This document shows, in pieces, positions 63,220 to 64,000 of a DNA stretch of 64,000 nt. The stretch is from Abditibacteriaceae bacterium (lineage in GTDB: Bacteria; Armatimonadota; Abditibacteriia; Abditibacteriales; Abditibacteriaceae). The notes below the pieces were generated by a model, which searched no databases, was not told the DNA's origin, and saw only the letters and a program-made list of their open reading frames with translations. The DNA is taken from the NCBI GenBank assembly GCA_965277285.1, contig OZ255721.1, forward strand, positions 1,760,001 to 1,824,000, in the 5' to 3' direction. The first letter of the stretch is position 1; each line of letters starts with the position of its first letter. The translations under genes were made by a program, and so were the position numbers.

Positions 63220-63308
63220 TAACGAACCCGAAGCGTAAGCGACGGGCTTAAGTGCGCAGTCTAATGTAACTTCTACTTAAGCCCGTCGCTTACGCTTCGG
63301 GTTCGTTA
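63220..63308. repeat. REPIN family A
   Basis: TAACGAACCCGAAGCGTAAGCGACGGGCTTAAGT and its reverse complement. Confidence 0.85.
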
Positions 63309-63336
63309 AAGCACAATCGAGTACTCGAATTACGAA

Positions 63337-64000
63337 ATGCCAACATCCACAATGCGAGATTTATACGAAGTTTTAGGCGTCTCGAAAAGCGCCTCGCAAG
63401 ATGAAATCAAAAAAGCCTATCGTCGTCTGGCGCGCGAAAAGCATCCCGATGTGAATGCGCATCGCCGCGACGAAGCCGAAGCCGAGTTCAAGGAAATCGG
63501 GCAAGCCTACGCCATTTTGTCCGATGAAGACAAGCGCGCGCGCTACGATCAATACGGCGCCGAAGGCTTGAACGGCGGCGGTTTCGATACGAGCGGCGCG
63601 GGCGGCCTGGGCGACCTATTTGAAGTTTTCTTCAACGGCATGGCCGGACAAAGCGGCGGCAGAACGCGCGAGCAGATTCGTCGCGGCGCCGACTTGCGCC
63701 TGGACGTTCGCCTGACGATGGAAGAAGTTTATGCGGGCGTGACGAAACAACTGGAAGTGCCGACGCTGCTACGTTGCGGGACTTGCGGCGGCAATGGCGC
63801 CGAGCCTGGAACCAAAGTTGAAACCTGCAACGCTTGCAAAGGTCAGGGACGCTTGCGCGAAGTCAAGCAAACGTTTTTCGGACAGTTCGTGCAGGAAGTT
63901 CCCTGTGTGCGCTGCGGCGGTCGCGGACAAATTCCAACGACGCCGTGTTCCGCTTGTCACGGCGTGGGACGCACGCGCGGCAAACGCGAAGTTAGCGTGC
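63337..64000 (+). CDS. dnaJ: Chaperone DnaJ (truncated by the window edge; not in the ORF track)
   Basis: Translated by hand: [24 protein letters not shown] region, CxxCxGxG repeats. Confidence 0.93.
   Translation, partial: MPTSTMRDLYEVLGVSKSASQDEIKKAYRRLAREKHPDVNAHRRDEAEAEFKEIGQAYAILSDEDKRARYDQYGAEGLNGGGFDTSGAGGLGDLFEVFFNGMAGQSGGRTREQIRRGADLRLDVRLTMEEVYAGVTKQLEVPTLLRCGTCGGNGAEPGTKVETCNACKGQGRLREVKQTFFGQFVQEVPCVRCGGRGQIPTTPCSACHGVGRTRGKREVSV

Overview
Bacterial chromosomal window, roughly mid-50s % GC by eye. It is mostly housekeeping and metabolic genes: a Cpx-like two-component system, an amino-acid ABC transporter, two GH2-like glycosidases, a CsoR copper locus, pcrA/uvrD, leuS, a sigma-70 factor, moaD-E, dinG, glnE, mazEF, iscS, mnmA and hrcA-grpE-dnaJ. 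A defence-like block occupies about 27-40.5 kb. Main observation: a minus-strand retron operon (925-aa helical protein, SWIM-BRCT protein, retron-type RT) headed by a near-consensus sigma70 promoter and TWO tandem msr/msd-like ncRNA cassettes. The cassettes share a scaffold and identical geometry (28-bp perfect stem, 30-nt loop) but have unrelated stem sequences, suggesting one RT makes several different msDNAs. Second observation: the palindrome TCGAGTACTCGA occurs about 52 times as a perfect match (counted by eye), in genes and between them, like a HIP1-type motif. Also present: McrBC, a RAYT transposase with its REPs, several REPIN families, an IS5-family element inserted into a REPIN, and an AT-rich islet. 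All calls come from motif recognition by eye; no database searches were run.
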